From Promethearchaeota archaeon (GTDB lineage: Archaea; Asgardarchaeota; Lokiarchaeia; Sigyniarchaeales; SOKP01): a stretch of DNA of 46,760 bases. Within the stretch, counting starts at the first letter, position 1, and each line of letters opens with the position of its first letter. Positions 27,086 to 36,438 of the stretch are shown one piece after another. Below the pieces are notes generated by a model. The model worked only from the letters and a program-made list of their open reading frames with translations. It was not told the origin of the DNA and ran no database searches. The translations under genes and the position numbers were made by a program. The stretch is taken from contig JBHLOC010000037.1 in NCBI GenBank assembly GCA_048940925.1, forward strand, positions 1 through 46,760, in the 5' to 3' direction.

Positions 27086-27142
27086 ATGAATATGGCAAAA
27101 GTAATACTTTTTTCTTGGCAGTGGCCTTGGTGGCAGCAATAG
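27086..27142 (+). CDS. Trp-rich leader peptide (trpL-like) MNMAKVILFSWQWPWWQQ
   Basis: ATG at 27086 (second ATG at 27092), four TGG in six codons, TAG at 27140-27142, 139 nt upstream of trpB2. Confidence 0.75.
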   Translation: MNMAKVILFSWQWPWWQQ

Positions 27143-27281
27143 AGCCATATGCATAGGATTATACTAAACTAATATTTCATTTTAATATTTTAGTTTTATA
27201 ATATTAAAATTTCACTTAAATCTGCATTATTTTATTGATTTCCAATATTTTAATGAAACACTTTAAAAATAACAATAGTTT

Positions 27282-28697
27282 ATGGGAAACAAAATGGTAG
27301 ATAATTTTAATGGAAGGGTTTTGTTACAGCCGAATGAAATACCAAAAGAGTGGGTAAATATTTTACCAGATTTGCCCTCTCCTATGACGCCCTTAATAAA
27401 TCCAATGGATGGGAAACCAGCGCCCCCAGAAATGGCGTTTTCAATATTTCCAAGAGAGTGTGTAATGCAAGAAGTATCTCAAGAACCATTAATTCCTATT
27501 CCAAAAGATTTAAGGGAAATTTTTGCGAGAAGTTATAGACCAAGTCCTCTTCATCGGGCTTTAGGATTAGAAAAGGTTTTAGGAATAGAAGGTGATCATA
27601 TTAAAATTTTTTATAAAAATGAATCATTTTCTCCTACAGGTTCTCACAAACCAAATACAGCTATAGCACAAGCATATTATGCGAAAAAAGAAGGGCTTGA
27701 AGAACTGGTTACAGAAACGGGAGCTGGGCAATGGGGTTCAGGATTATCTTATGGATGTAATTTATTTGGATTGAAATGTACTGTTTATATGGTCAGAGTA
27801 AGCTTTTTTCAAAAACCAGGTAGGAAGATTTTGATGACTGCTTACAACGCTGAAGTGTATGCAAGTCCCTCAAACCTCACTGAATCAGGAAGACAATTTT
27901 TTGAGAAAGACCCAGAACATCCTGGTAGTTTAGGAATCGCGATATCAGAAGCATTAGAACACAGTCTAAAAAGTGAAAAAATAAAATATTCTCTTGGAAG
28001 CGTCGTAAACTTTGTACTCTTACATCAGACTATTGTAGGTCAGGAAACAAAAATCCAATTGGCGAAAATAGGCATAAATGAACCTGATATACTAATTGGA
28101 TGTATGGGAGGTGGATCAAATTTCGCTGGATTTATGATTCCTTTTATTAAAGATAAGCTATATGGTAGCCTTCCAGATCTAGAAGTAATAGGTGTCGAAC
28201 CAAGAGCATGTCCTAGTGTTTGTAAAGGGCAATATCGATGGGATTTTGGTGATACTTCTATGAAAGGTCCAATTGTAAAAATGCATACTTTAGGACATTC
28301 ATTTATTCCAAGTCCAATTCATGCTGGAGGGTTGAGATATCATGGAATAGCTCCAATAATTTCAATTCTTAATAATAATAAAGTTATCTCTGCAACTATG
28401 CATCATCAAACAGAAGTTATAAAGTCTGGACTTCTCTTCACTAAAGCTGAGGGAATCCTTCCTGCTCCTGAAACAGCACATGCTATAAAAGAAGTAGTTG
28501 ATCAAGCATTAAAAGCAAAAGAAAATAATGAAAAAAAGGTTATCGTTTTTAATTTCAGTGGTCATGGATTTTTTGATTTATTGGCTTATAAACAATTTAT
28601 GGCTGGAGAATTAGAGGACTACGAATTATCCACAGAGGAAATTCAAAAAGCTTTATCATCACAAGAAATGCCTAATATTGATGAAACTCAATTTTAA
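27282..28697 (+). CDS. trpB2: Tryptophan synthase beta chain, type 2 (TrpB2)
   Basis: SPTGSHKPNTA, TETGAGQWG, GGGSNFAG, IHAGGLRYHG, PAPETAHA, SGHG. Confidence 0.95.
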   Translation: MGNKMVDNFNGRVLLQPNEIPKEWVNILPDLPSPMTPLINPMDGKPAPPEMAFSIFPRECVMQEVSQEPLIPIPKDLREIFARSYRPSPLHRALGLEKVLGIEGDHIKIFYKNESFSPTGSHKPNTAIAQAYYAKKEGLEELVTETGAGQWGSGLSYGCNLFGLKCTVYMVRVSFFQKPGRKILMTAYNAEVYASPSNLTESGRQFFEKDPEHPGSLGIAISEALEHSLKSEKIKYSLGSVVNFVLLHQTIVGQETKIQLAKIGINEPDILIGCMGGGSNFAGFMIPFIKDKLYGSLPDLEVIGVEPRACPSVCKGQYRWDFGDTSMKGPIVKMHTLGHSFIPSPIHAGGLRYHGIAPIISILNNNKVISATMHHQTEVIKSGLLFTKAEGILPAPETAHAIKEVVDQALKAKENNEKKVIVFNFSGHGFFDLLAYKQFMAGELEDYELSTEEIQKALSSQEMPNIDETQF

Positions 28698-28700
28698 TCA

Positions 28701-28710
28701 TTTTTTTTTT
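28701..28710 (+). terminator. Oligo-T tract, candidate archaeal terminator after trpB2
   Basis: T10 immediately after the stop codon. Confidence 0.4.
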
Positions 28711-28778
28711 AATATTTAAATAAAATCTTAAAGTAATAGATTATTTTAAATCTTAAATCTTTAAGAGAATGGTAATAT

Positions 28779-29846
28779 TTGAACATAGTCTCACTCTTTA
28801 TTTTTTGCTTTTTATATTCTTATGGAATATTGCTTATTTATATCACTTATTTAGCAAAAAAAAGAGGGGAAAAAGGAGCTTTTATTAACAACTTCTTTGT
28901 CACGCTTGTATTTATTGGATCAATTACGATTTACCTTTTTAGCATTTATTATATAAATCCAGTGGGTCAAGTTTTTTTAGCTTTTCCGTTTGATATATTA
29001 TTAATTTCTTTTATTTTTATATTCATTCCATTGTTTTTTCTATTGGTTTTTCGTGAAAAAATGAGAATCAAAGGAAAAAATTTACGAAACAGAAAAATAA
29101 AACAATTTAAACTTGAATTACCATTGAAATATGAAATTTATAGGAAACTAACTCATTTAGTCGTTTTAGGAATAATTTTGTTTTATTTTACCCTAGGTTA
29201 TTTAATACAAGATTTTTTCATTTATTTTTTAGAATTTTTTCCTCAATTTCAAACAAGAATTTTGGATATTACAAAAGATACAATGATTTTTACTCAAAAT
29301 TTAGTTATTTTTTTAGTAGGAATCTCTTTGATAGGTTTACTAACTGCAGATTTTATTAGAATTTTGATCCCAAAATATTACCCATTGAAACCTATCAATC
29401 TATTGTTACGTGAAAAAGAAATGTATATGAGGTTAGGTCCTCAAATCTCTATGAGTATTAGTTGTTTTTCGACTATTATTCTTTTTGGTTATGTCCAACC
29501 ACTAGGCCCCCTAGTAATAAGTGCATCAATGACGATGGCAATTTTTGGGGATATAGCGTCTAATTTAATTGGAAAATCTATTGGAAAAAAACAAATTAGA
29601 AATACAAATAAAACTTATGAAGGTTTATACGCAGGGATTATTACTGCTTTCATTTCTGGAATTGCTATATTATTGTTGTTGAGGAACTATTATAACAAAA
29701 ATCTCTTTTTCTTATTCTTTATTCCATCTATTGGTGCTCTAATCATTGGCATAATAGATTATGTTAATTTAGAAATTGACGATAATTTATCATACAATTT
29801 CAGTTTATCAATAATTTTATTTTTCATTTCAATTCTTTTGATATAA
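28779..29846 (+). CDS. Polyprenol/phytol/diacylglycerol kinase-like (CTP-dependent; Sec59/VTE5/DGK1 family) membrane protein
   Basis: RKLTH, GDIASNLIGKSIG, NKTYEG, DDNL. Confidence 0.82.
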   Translation: MNIVSLFIFCFLYSYGILLIYITYLAKKRGEKGAFINNFFVTLVFIGSITIYLFSIYYINPVGQVFLAFPFDILLISFIFIFIPLFFLLVFREKMRIKGKNLRNRKIKQFKLELPLKYEIYRKLTHLVVLGIILFYFTLGYLIQDFFIYFLEFFPQFQTRILDITKDTMIFTQNLVIFLVGISLIGLLTADFIRILIPKYYPLKPINLLLREKEMYMRLGPQISMSISCFSTIILFGYVQPLGPLVISASMTMAIFGDIASNLIGKSIGKKQIRNTNKTYEGLYAGIITAFISGIAILLLLRNYYNKNLFFLFFIPSIGALIIGIIDYVNLEIDDNLSYNFSLSIILFFISILLI

Positions 29847-29904
29847 TTGAAATTGTGTTATTAAAATAATTTCATAAATTTTATCAATTAAGGGAATATT
29901 ATTT

Positions 29905-30417
29905 ATGAAAATGTCAGAAGAAAAATTAAAAATAGACAAAATCTCGAAAGGCACTGTTATTGATCATATTGATGCTGGTTATGCATTAACAATTCTTAAT
30001 CTTACAGGTCTTGATGAATCAAAGAACCTAATAACTATAGGTGTTAATGTTTCCTCAAAAAAATTTCAAACTAAAGATATCATTAAAATTGAAAATGTTT
30101 TTCTCAATGAAACACAGATGCAACAAATTTCTATATTATCACCTAATGCAACTATCTCCTTAATTGAGAATTATAAAGTAATAGAAAAGAAAAAAGTGAA
30201 ACTCCCTGATACAATAAAAAAATTAATTTTGTGTATTAATCAAACTTGTATTTCAAATTCAGAAAAAGAACCAATTGATACAGAATTTTTAGTTTTAGAA
30301 GAAAAACCTTTAAAAATTCAATGTGTTTATTGTGAACGTATATATAAGTTGGAGGAAATTGTGTTTACTTCTAAAGAAAAAAAAGAGAAAAAAGTGAAAC
30401 AAGCAATTTATTTATAA
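29905..30417 (+). CDS. pyrI: Aspartate carbamoyltransferase regulatory subunit
   Basis: GTVIDHI, KDIIKIE, SPNATIS, CINQTCISN, CVYCE. Confidence 0.96.
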   Translation: MKMSEEKLKIDKISKGTVIDHIDAGYALTILNLTGLDESKNLITIGVNVSSKKFQTKDIIKIENVFLNETQMQQISILSPNATISLIENYKVIEKKKVKLPDTIKKLILCINQTCISNSEKEPIDTEFLVLEEKPLKIQCVYCERIYKLEEIVFTSKEKKEKKVKQAIYL

Positions 30418-30434
30418 CCTATGATTAAACTTTC

Positions 30435-30875
30435 CTAAATAAAGAGTTCAATTATAGAAGAGAAATTCGGTAGAAATTTTAGCAAAGTATGAATAAAAAT
30501 GCTCACCATCATAAATAAAAAAAAAAAAATACCAATTCCTGGTAAAATAATATTTTTCCAATTCCACTCTTCCTTATTATATTTAAATTTTAATATTATG
30601 AAACTTACAAAAAAGGGAAACAAAAACCACCATATTAGCATCCATGCAAATAAGAACCATCCTATAAAACCGAAAAAAAATCTCCCTATAAAAGCACTTA
30701 ACGCGCCTGTTATAACACGTATCCAATATAATTTTGTTTCTTTCTCTAATCGAACATCTAACTCAGTTGTAGTCTTTTTCTCTATTTTAATATCTTTTTT
30801 TTGAAATTCTTTCCTTCTCTCCTTTAATAACTTTTTTCTCCTTTTTTTAATATCTACTTTCTTTTGCTTTCCCAT
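30435..30875 (-). CDS. EMC6/OPTI (RAB5IF)-like 3-TM membrane protein
   Basis: LYWIR...; EEW...GIGIFFFLFMMVSIFIHT resembles the YWFR and G....FALFM..WI..YT pattern of the Rab5ip family. Confidence 0.6.
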   Translation of the reverse strand: MGKQKKVDIKKRRKKLLKERRKEFQKKDIKIEKKTTTELDVRLEKETKLYWIRVITGALSAFIGRFFFGFIGWFLFAWMLIWWFLFPFFVSFIILKFKYNKEEWNWKNIILPGIGIFFFLFMMVSIFIHTLLKFLPNFSSIIELFI

Positions 30876-30946
30876 AATTATTAATATAAATATTATTTAG
30901 TATAAAAATAATTATATATGTTAATATACTAAAAAATAGCTAAAGT

Positions 30947-33001
30947 ATGATTACACCAACTAAAGAATTTTCCAATTTTGATGTTTTCGCCATTGTTAAA
31001 GAATTGGATGCTATCTTAGTTAATAGTATTATCTCTAATATTTATGAAATTGAAGATTTATTAATATTAAAATTAAAAACTGATTTTGGGAAAAAAAACC
31101 TCATAATCCAAAAAGATGCTCGTATCAATTTAACTGAATATGATTACCCTATACCCGGTTATCCTAGTCAATATATTAGATCTCTTAGAAAATTTCTGAA
31201 AAACAGGCGAATTTTAAGGATCTCTCAATATAAATTTGATAGAATTATCATATTAGAATTGAGTAATACTGACACTGATACTTGGAAATTCATTATTGAA
31301 TTATTCAATAAAGGAAATTTTTTATTATTAGATGAAAATAACCTAATTATAATTGCAAAAAAATATAAAAAATTTAAAGATAGAAATATCCTTGCTAAAA
31401 GAGAATATATTTATCCTAAATCTTATGGAAGTGATTTTTTAAGTATAAAAAAAGAAGAATTTATAGACCTATTCAAAAATTCCAATAATGAAATTGTTAG
31501 AGACATATCACGAAAAATGCACATTTCAGGCCTATATAGCGAAGAAATATTATTCCAAAGTAATGTGAATAAGAAAACTTCTAGCAATAAAATTAAATAT
31601 GATGAATACAGTAAATTGTTTGAAGCTTTTAGAAGATTAAGAAATCAATTATTATTCGGTGAGATAAATGCTCATATTATAATCGACAAACAGGGACAAG
31701 AAATTTCTGTATTACCCTTTGAACTCAAAATTTTAAAAGATTATGAAAAAAAGTATTATAATTCATTTAATGAAGCTGTTGATGATTTTTTTTCCAAATT
31801 CGATATTAAAGTCCTAAAAACTCCAAAAGATAAGAAAATTGACGATTTAATACGTGGTCAAGAAAAAATCTTAAAAAATCAAATTGAATATCTAAAAGAA
31901 CTTAAAGAAAAAAAAAGAAAATATTATGAAATAGGGGATTTTATATATGCCAATTTCGATAAGTTTGAAAAGATAATTTCAATAATAAAGCAGGCAAGAA
32001 AGAAAGGATATTCTTGGGAAGAGATTAATAGCAAATTGAGATATGCTAAAGAGGAAAATTTAGTAGGAACTGAATATTTTGAAAAAATTATTCTTTCCAC
32101 TAATCATATCTTATTTAATTTCAATGATAATGAAGTATTATTTGATTTAAAAGAAAGTATTGGAGAAAATGCTAATATTATTTATTCTAAAGGAAAGAAA
32201 GCTGAAAAAAAAATAGCTGGAACTTTAGTAGCTATTGAAAAAACCAAAGAAAATATCGAAAAATTAAAGCTTGAGAAAGAATCATTAATAGCAGAAGTTA
32301 ATTTCCTAATCAAAAAACCCAAGAAAAAATGGTATGAAAAATTTAGATGGTTTATCTCTTCTGATGGATTTTTAATTATTGGAGGAAGAGATGCTATTTC
32401 TAATGAGATAATTTTCAAAAAGTATGTTGATCAATCTGATCTGATATTTCATACAAATACTCCAGGTTCCCCATTAACTATTATTAAAAATCCAGAAAAT
32501 AAAGCAATTCCTCAAACTACGATACAAGAAACAGCAGATTTTGTTGCTAGCTATTCACGTGCTTGGCAAGAAAATTGGGGAGTCGTTGATGTGTTCTATG
32601 TAAATCCAACCCAGATCTCAAAAAATCCTCCCTCTGGTGAATACTTACCTAAAGGATCCTTTATAATTTCAGGGAAAAAGAACATCGTTAAAAATGCAAA
32701 AACTGAAATCGCAATTGGACTAAAATTTATTGAATTAGAATCTAGTTCGCATACTAAAGATAAAATTGTCTATCCTCAAATTATATGCGGACCCGAATCA
32801 GCAGTGAAGAAACAAAAAGATCTGATGATAACACTAGTTCCATCAAAAACTAGTGGAATATCTAAAGGAAAATTAGCTAAAAAAATAAAGTCATATTATC
32901 TACAAATTGTAAATAAAGAATTAAAAAGGTGGGTAAATTTATTATCCATTGATGAAATCTTATTATATCTTCCTTCTGGGGCTTCAATATTTAAAGACTA
33001 G
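30947..33001 (+). CDS. rqcH: Ribosome quality-control factor RqcH/NEMF (NFACT family)
   Basis: FDRII, IELFNKGN, WYEKFRWFISSDG, GGRDA..NE, PPSGEYLPKGSF. Confidence 0.93.
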   Translation: MITPTKEFSNFDVFAIVKELDAILVNSIISNIYEIEDLLILKLKTDFGKKNLIIQKDARINLTEYDYPIPGYPSQYIRSLRKFLKNRRILRISQYKFDRIIILELSNTDTDTWKFIIELFNKGNFLLLDENNLIIIAKKYKKFKDRNILAKREYIYPKSYGSDFLSIKKEEFIDLFKNSNNEIVRDISRKMHISGLYSEEILFQSNVNKKTSSNKIKYDEYSKLFEAFRRLRNQLLFGEINAHIIIDKQGQEISVLPFELKILKDYEKKYYNSFNEAVDDFFSKFDIKVLKTPKDKKIDDLIRGQEKILKNQIEYLKELKEKKRKYYEIGDFIYANFDKFEKIISIIKQARKKGYSWEEINSKLRYAKEENLVGTEYFEKIILSTNHILFNFNDNEVLFDLKESIGENANIIYSKGKKAEKKIAGTLVAIEKTKENIEKLKLEKESLIAEVNFLIKKPKKKWYEKFRWFISSDGFLIIGGRDAISNEIIFKKYVDQSDLIFHTNTPGSPLTIIKNPENKAIPQTTIQETADFVASYSRAWQENWGVVDVFYVNPTQISKNPPSGEYLPKGSFIISGKKNIVKNAKTEIAIGLKFIELESSSHTKDKIVYPQIICGPESAVKKQKDLMITLVPSKTSGISKGKLAKKIKSYYLQIVNKELKRWVNLLSIDEILLYLPSGASIFKD

Positions 33002-33740
33002 AGCTATAAATCCAATTTTTAATTTTTAAGATATTTTCATAATTATCGAATAAAATTCCATCTATTCCAAGTTTTATTAATCTTTTAATCTGATACAAGG
33101 GATCTTTATATTTAAGGAAATCCCATGTTAATGTTAAAATCTGGTTCTCATGACAAATCTTAATGAATTCATCAGAGATTAAATCAGACCTTAAACTAAT
33201 TAAATCAGGTTTGAAACTTAGTTCATTATTTTTACATTTTTTTAAAAATTCTTGAACCCTTATTCCTATACCTTTAGTAATGTTATAGCATACTTTGCTT
33301 TGATAATGATTAGCTTTAATATATTCTAAATCTCTTAAATTCCTTGCACTAAAAATTACATCATTGAATATACTAATTTCTTCTGCTAATTTTGGGATAT
33401 AATCTTTTAATCCTTTTTCTTTTAAATCAATCATAAATTTTGTTTTCCATTTTAATTTATTTAGAACATCTAGTAGAGAAGGAATATGCAATTGATTAGA
33501 TTTTGTCTTTAACTTACTTATTTCAGTGAAATTGAAATCCTTTAAAAGGCCAAAACCATTTGTTGTTCGTTCTAGAGAAGAATCATGCATTATAACAAGT
33601 TTCTCATCCTTAGTCTTCCTCACATCAAATTCAATATAATCTACACCATATTCTATTGCCTTATTAAAAGCAACTAATGTATTTTCATCAAATTTAGTTC
33701 TTGTTCCTCTATGTCCAATAAATATAAGTTTTTTTACCAT
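32991..33740 (-). CDS. Glycerophosphodiester phosphodiesterase (GDPD)
   Basis: IGHRG, ENTLVAF, IEFDV, MHD..LERTTNG; real start is the ATG at 33740 (the track start overlaps the upstream gene). Confidence 0.92.
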   Translation of the reverse strand: MVKKLIFIGHRGTRTKFDENTLVAFNKAIEYGVDYIEFDVRKTKDEKLVIMHDSSLERTTNGFGLLKDFNFTEISKLKTKSNQLHIPSLLDVLNKLKWKTKFMIDLKEKGLKDYIPKLAEEISIFNDVIFSARNLRDLEYIKANHYQSKVCYNITKGIGIRVQEFLKKCKNNELSFKPDLISLRSDLISDEFIKICHENQILTLTWDFLKYKDPLYQIKRLIKLGIDGILFDNYENILKIKNWIYSSSL

Positions 33741-33748
33741 TTTTTTTC

Positions 33749-34165
33749 TTAACTTTCTTGGACTAAATAGGTATAAATGAGAATTAAAATGAGCCCTAAT
33801 ATTGTAAAAAAGAAGGTCCATAGATTTAGAAGAGTTTGTCCAATAGAAAATCCAAATAGTAATAATATTTCTTTCCAATCTAATGGCTTACCTGTTAATT
33901 CTTTATAATTCCCCATACTAGTCAACATAAACAAAAAAAAAAGAAGAACCACAAATACTTGAACTACTATTTCAATAATATTAAAAATAGGATTTTTACC
34001 AATAATCATTGATAAGATTCCCATATTAGCAAAGATAGATATTACGTAAAAGATCCCACCCAAAATTGCTGAAATTATTACAGTTTTATATGCAAATTGC
34101 TCATCATTTCTTTTTATTTCTTCTACTTTTTTTTTTTTATTTGAAGGTTTTGCAATTTTTGACAT
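33749..34165 (-). CDS. Membrane protein (about 4 TM)
   Basis: Hydrophobic segments. Confidence 0.72.
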   Translation of the reverse strand: MSKIAKPSNKKKKVEEIKRNDEQFAYKTVIISAILGGIFYVISIFANMGILSMIIGKNPIFNIIEIVVQVFVVLLFFLFMLTSMGNYKELTGKPLDWKEILLLFGFSIGQTLLNLWTFFFTILGLILILIYTYLVQES

Positions 34166-34166
34166 T

Positions 34167-34961
34167 TTATCGTCTTATTCTTCTTATTTTTTCCTTTAGT
34201 TTAAAGATTCTATAAATATAAAACCCATATAATAACCCAAGAATACTAAAAATAATAATAGATATGATAAAAATCGTTAAATTTATGAATGGAGGTTTCT
34301 TGATTGGAAGAGTATTGATGGTTATTAAAACAATTTTACTTTTTTTAATACCATTTGGATATGAAGCAATATCGCCATAAGTTATGTTAAAAGCATATGT
34401 TGATCCCTCTTTCAATATCACATCTTCCGTATTGTCATCAGGTTCATCGATTGGGATCGAAAACTCATATGTTGACGTAACCCCTTCAAGTTTAGCAGCT
34501 CCCTCCCCATTATAAATTGAATCATTCATAAATACAGTTCTATTTATATTATAATCAAGGAAAACAAAGGAATCATTAAAAATATCAGTAAATTGAATGA
34601 TTTTGGCATCAATAAAATCTTTTAGATCTTCAGAAGAGCTATTTGATATCAAAATTCCTATAAACTCATTAATACTATGATCATTAATTTCTATATCAAA
34701 TTGTACAGAGAGAAAAAGATCATCACTATTTTGCATTACCCAGAATTTTATTGGTAATCCTGTTAAATTAATTTGAAGTTTTGTAGCTTTATTCCATTCC
34801 TCAATTGAATCATTAATATACCCATCAATAATGGGAGTTTCTCCAAATTCAGGAGTAATGTCTTCCGTTGATCCATAACCATCTAGAATAAATAGAAATG
34901 AAAATAAGGAAGCATTTGCTAATAGCAAATAAATTAGAATATTTATAGTTAACTTCTTCAA
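34167..34961 (-). CDS. Cell-surface protein with signal peptide, CBM9/DOMON-like beta domain and C-terminal TM anchor
   Basis: PIIDG.....EW motif, YEFSIPI, N- and C-terminal hydrophobic helices, basic tail. Confidence 0.65.
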   Translation of the reverse strand: MKKLTINILIYLLLANASLFSFLFILDGYGSTEDITPEFGETPIIDGYINDSIEEWNKATKLQINLTGLPIKFWVMQNSDDLFLSVQFDIEINDHSINEFIGILISNSSSEDLKDFIDAKIIQFTDIFNDSFVFLDYNINRTVFMNDSIYNGEGAAKLEGVTSTYEFSIPIDEPDDNTEDVILKEGSTYAFNITYGDIASYPNGIKKSKIVLITINTLPIKKPPFINLTIFIISIIIFSILGLLYGFYIYRIFKLKEKIRRIRR

Positions 34962-35170
34962 GATTTTAGAATCATTTATTTTAGAGTTTTTCTATTTTTA
35001 GTTTTATCAAATATTAAAATTGATAATTAAAAGTTGTTTTTTAAATTTCGTATGTAATTCCAATAAAACAATGAAATTGATAATTTTCATTATTTTCTTC
35101 AGAAAAAAATTTGAAAATTAATAAATCTAATTAACTAAAGATCAAATTTTTAATTAAAAATTTACTCAAT

Positions 35171-35635
35171 TCAGGGTAAGAAATTTGGGAGAAAAATTAA
35201 ACAATTGAATTTATTCATGTAAGCAATGATATAATTAATTAAGCGCATAATTTCCCTTTTCGATTCCTGCATATTCTTATTATTATATTCTGCAAATGGT
35301 TTAGGACCTATCGCTACAAGAATCCCCGATAAGTCTTTTTCTCTTTTAATAAGAAACCAAAATGGTTTTTTTTTTTCAATATCTTTAACGATTAAAAGCA
35401 TCCAAGGATTTAGTGTCCATTCATCTTGATTAAGACCTATCACTTTCTCAATTGCTTTCTTAATTTTATATTTTTTAGTAATTTTAATAGTTTTTGTAAG
35501 AGCATTAAAATAGCTCCTTTTAATTTTTAAATAGCCACCAAAATAAGATTTAGCATCAAATAGTTCAAGTATTTTATCTGTATCATCAGAAAATTTTAAA
35601 AACACTTTCCAAAGAGTCATACTCAAATGTCTCAA
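35171..35635 (-). CDS. Hypothetical protein
   Basis: 154-aa ORF coupled to 35632..36060. Confidence 0.65.
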   Translation of the reverse strand: MRHLSMTLWKVFLKFSDDTDKILELFDAKSYFGGYLKIKRSYFNALTKTIKITKKYKIKKAIEKVIGLNQDEWTLNPWMLLIVKDIEKKKPFWFLIKREKDLSGILVAIGPKPFAEYNNKNMQESKREIMRLINYIIAYMNKFNCLIFLPNFLP

Positions 35636-36060
35636 ATATTTATTAATCCAATTTCCTCTATTTTTATTTCTTTGAATATATTTTTAATGTTGTCTAAAGA
35701 TGCTTTTAAATCCTTGCTTTTTTCTTCAGATAGACTTAAATTTAAATAACATTCAAAGAAAAAGTTTTTTTTTATTTTTAAAAAACCTGATGTATGGATA
35801 ACTTGAAATTTTTGGAGAATTTTTGTAACTCTTTTAAAAATTTTACTTGATAAACTTCCCCCAAACAAGGTTATTTTTATAATGTTTTGTCTATTTATCG
35901 GATATATAGTCAATCTTAAAGATTCTTCAGTAATTGAATGAATTATTAATAAATATTTACAATCCTCTAAGATTTTTAATTCATTTAGAGAGAGATTTAA
36001 GGCTGTTTTAGGAAATTCACTAAATAGTCGAATATATGCATTTGTTATTCGTGATATCAT
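35632..36060 (-). CDS. Hypothetical protein, possible C-terminal ACT-like fold
   Basis: Beta-alpha-beta-beta-alpha-beta pattern by eye. Confidence 0.6.
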   Translation of the reverse strand: MISRITNAYIRLFSEFPKTALNLSLNELKILEDCKYLLIIHSITEESLRLTIYPINRQNIIKITLFGGSLSSKIFKRVTKILQKFQVIHTSGFLKIKKNFFFECYLNLSLSEEKSKDLKASLDNIKNIFKEIKIEEIGLINI

Positions 36061-36111
36061 AGTTCAAATTAATGTTTTTATTTTAATTTAAATAATCTTA
36101 TTTTTCTTCTT

Positions 36112-36438
36112 TTATATTTCTAGGTGCTTTTTTATTGATTTTATAGTACCAGATGTTCTTAAAGGAGAGAAAATTATTCTTTTTCCATTTATTTCCCTTA
36201 TAAGTGTTACTGCTGAAATTATTATTTCTTTAGTTTCATGAGAGCATCTTATAATCGCTTGATTTTTTTCTAAATCAAGATGTACCAACCATAATCCAAT
36301 TTTTTTGGCTTCTTTCATACCAAAATATCTCCATATTGATTGCCAAAAAGCTTGTACAACATTCTTTTGATTTAGTATTAATTTATCCTCTTTAACTATA
36401 TTAAAAATGATATATCTTTGCCTTTCTTTACTAACTAT
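36112..36438 (-). CDS. rnp2: RNase P protein component 2 (Pop5/Rpp14); probable ATA start, about 108 aa
   Basis: In-frame ERQRYIIFNI...IWRYFG upstream of the track start; IIRC, RTSGTIK; adjacent to Rpp30. Confidence 0.9.
   Translation of the reverse strand: MVSKERQRYIIFNIVKEDKLILNQKNVVQAFWQSIWRYFGMKEAKKIGLWLVHLDLEKNQAIIRCSHETKEIIISAVTLIREINGKRIIFSPLRTSGTIKSIKKHLEI

Noticed and set aside
27143-27281. Classical Rho-independent terminator hairpin in the trp leader
   Set aside because: No GC-rich local hairpin directly followed by a U-run; only the long-range stem and diffuse T tracts are visible.
27350-27538. 62-aa alternative-frame ORF inside trpB2
   Set aside because: Nested out of frame in a conserved gene, with no supporting signal.
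33741-33878. N-terminal extension of the GDPD ORF in the track
   Set aside because: Overlaps the upstream membrane-protein gene; the family starts near IGHRG, matching the ATG at 33740.
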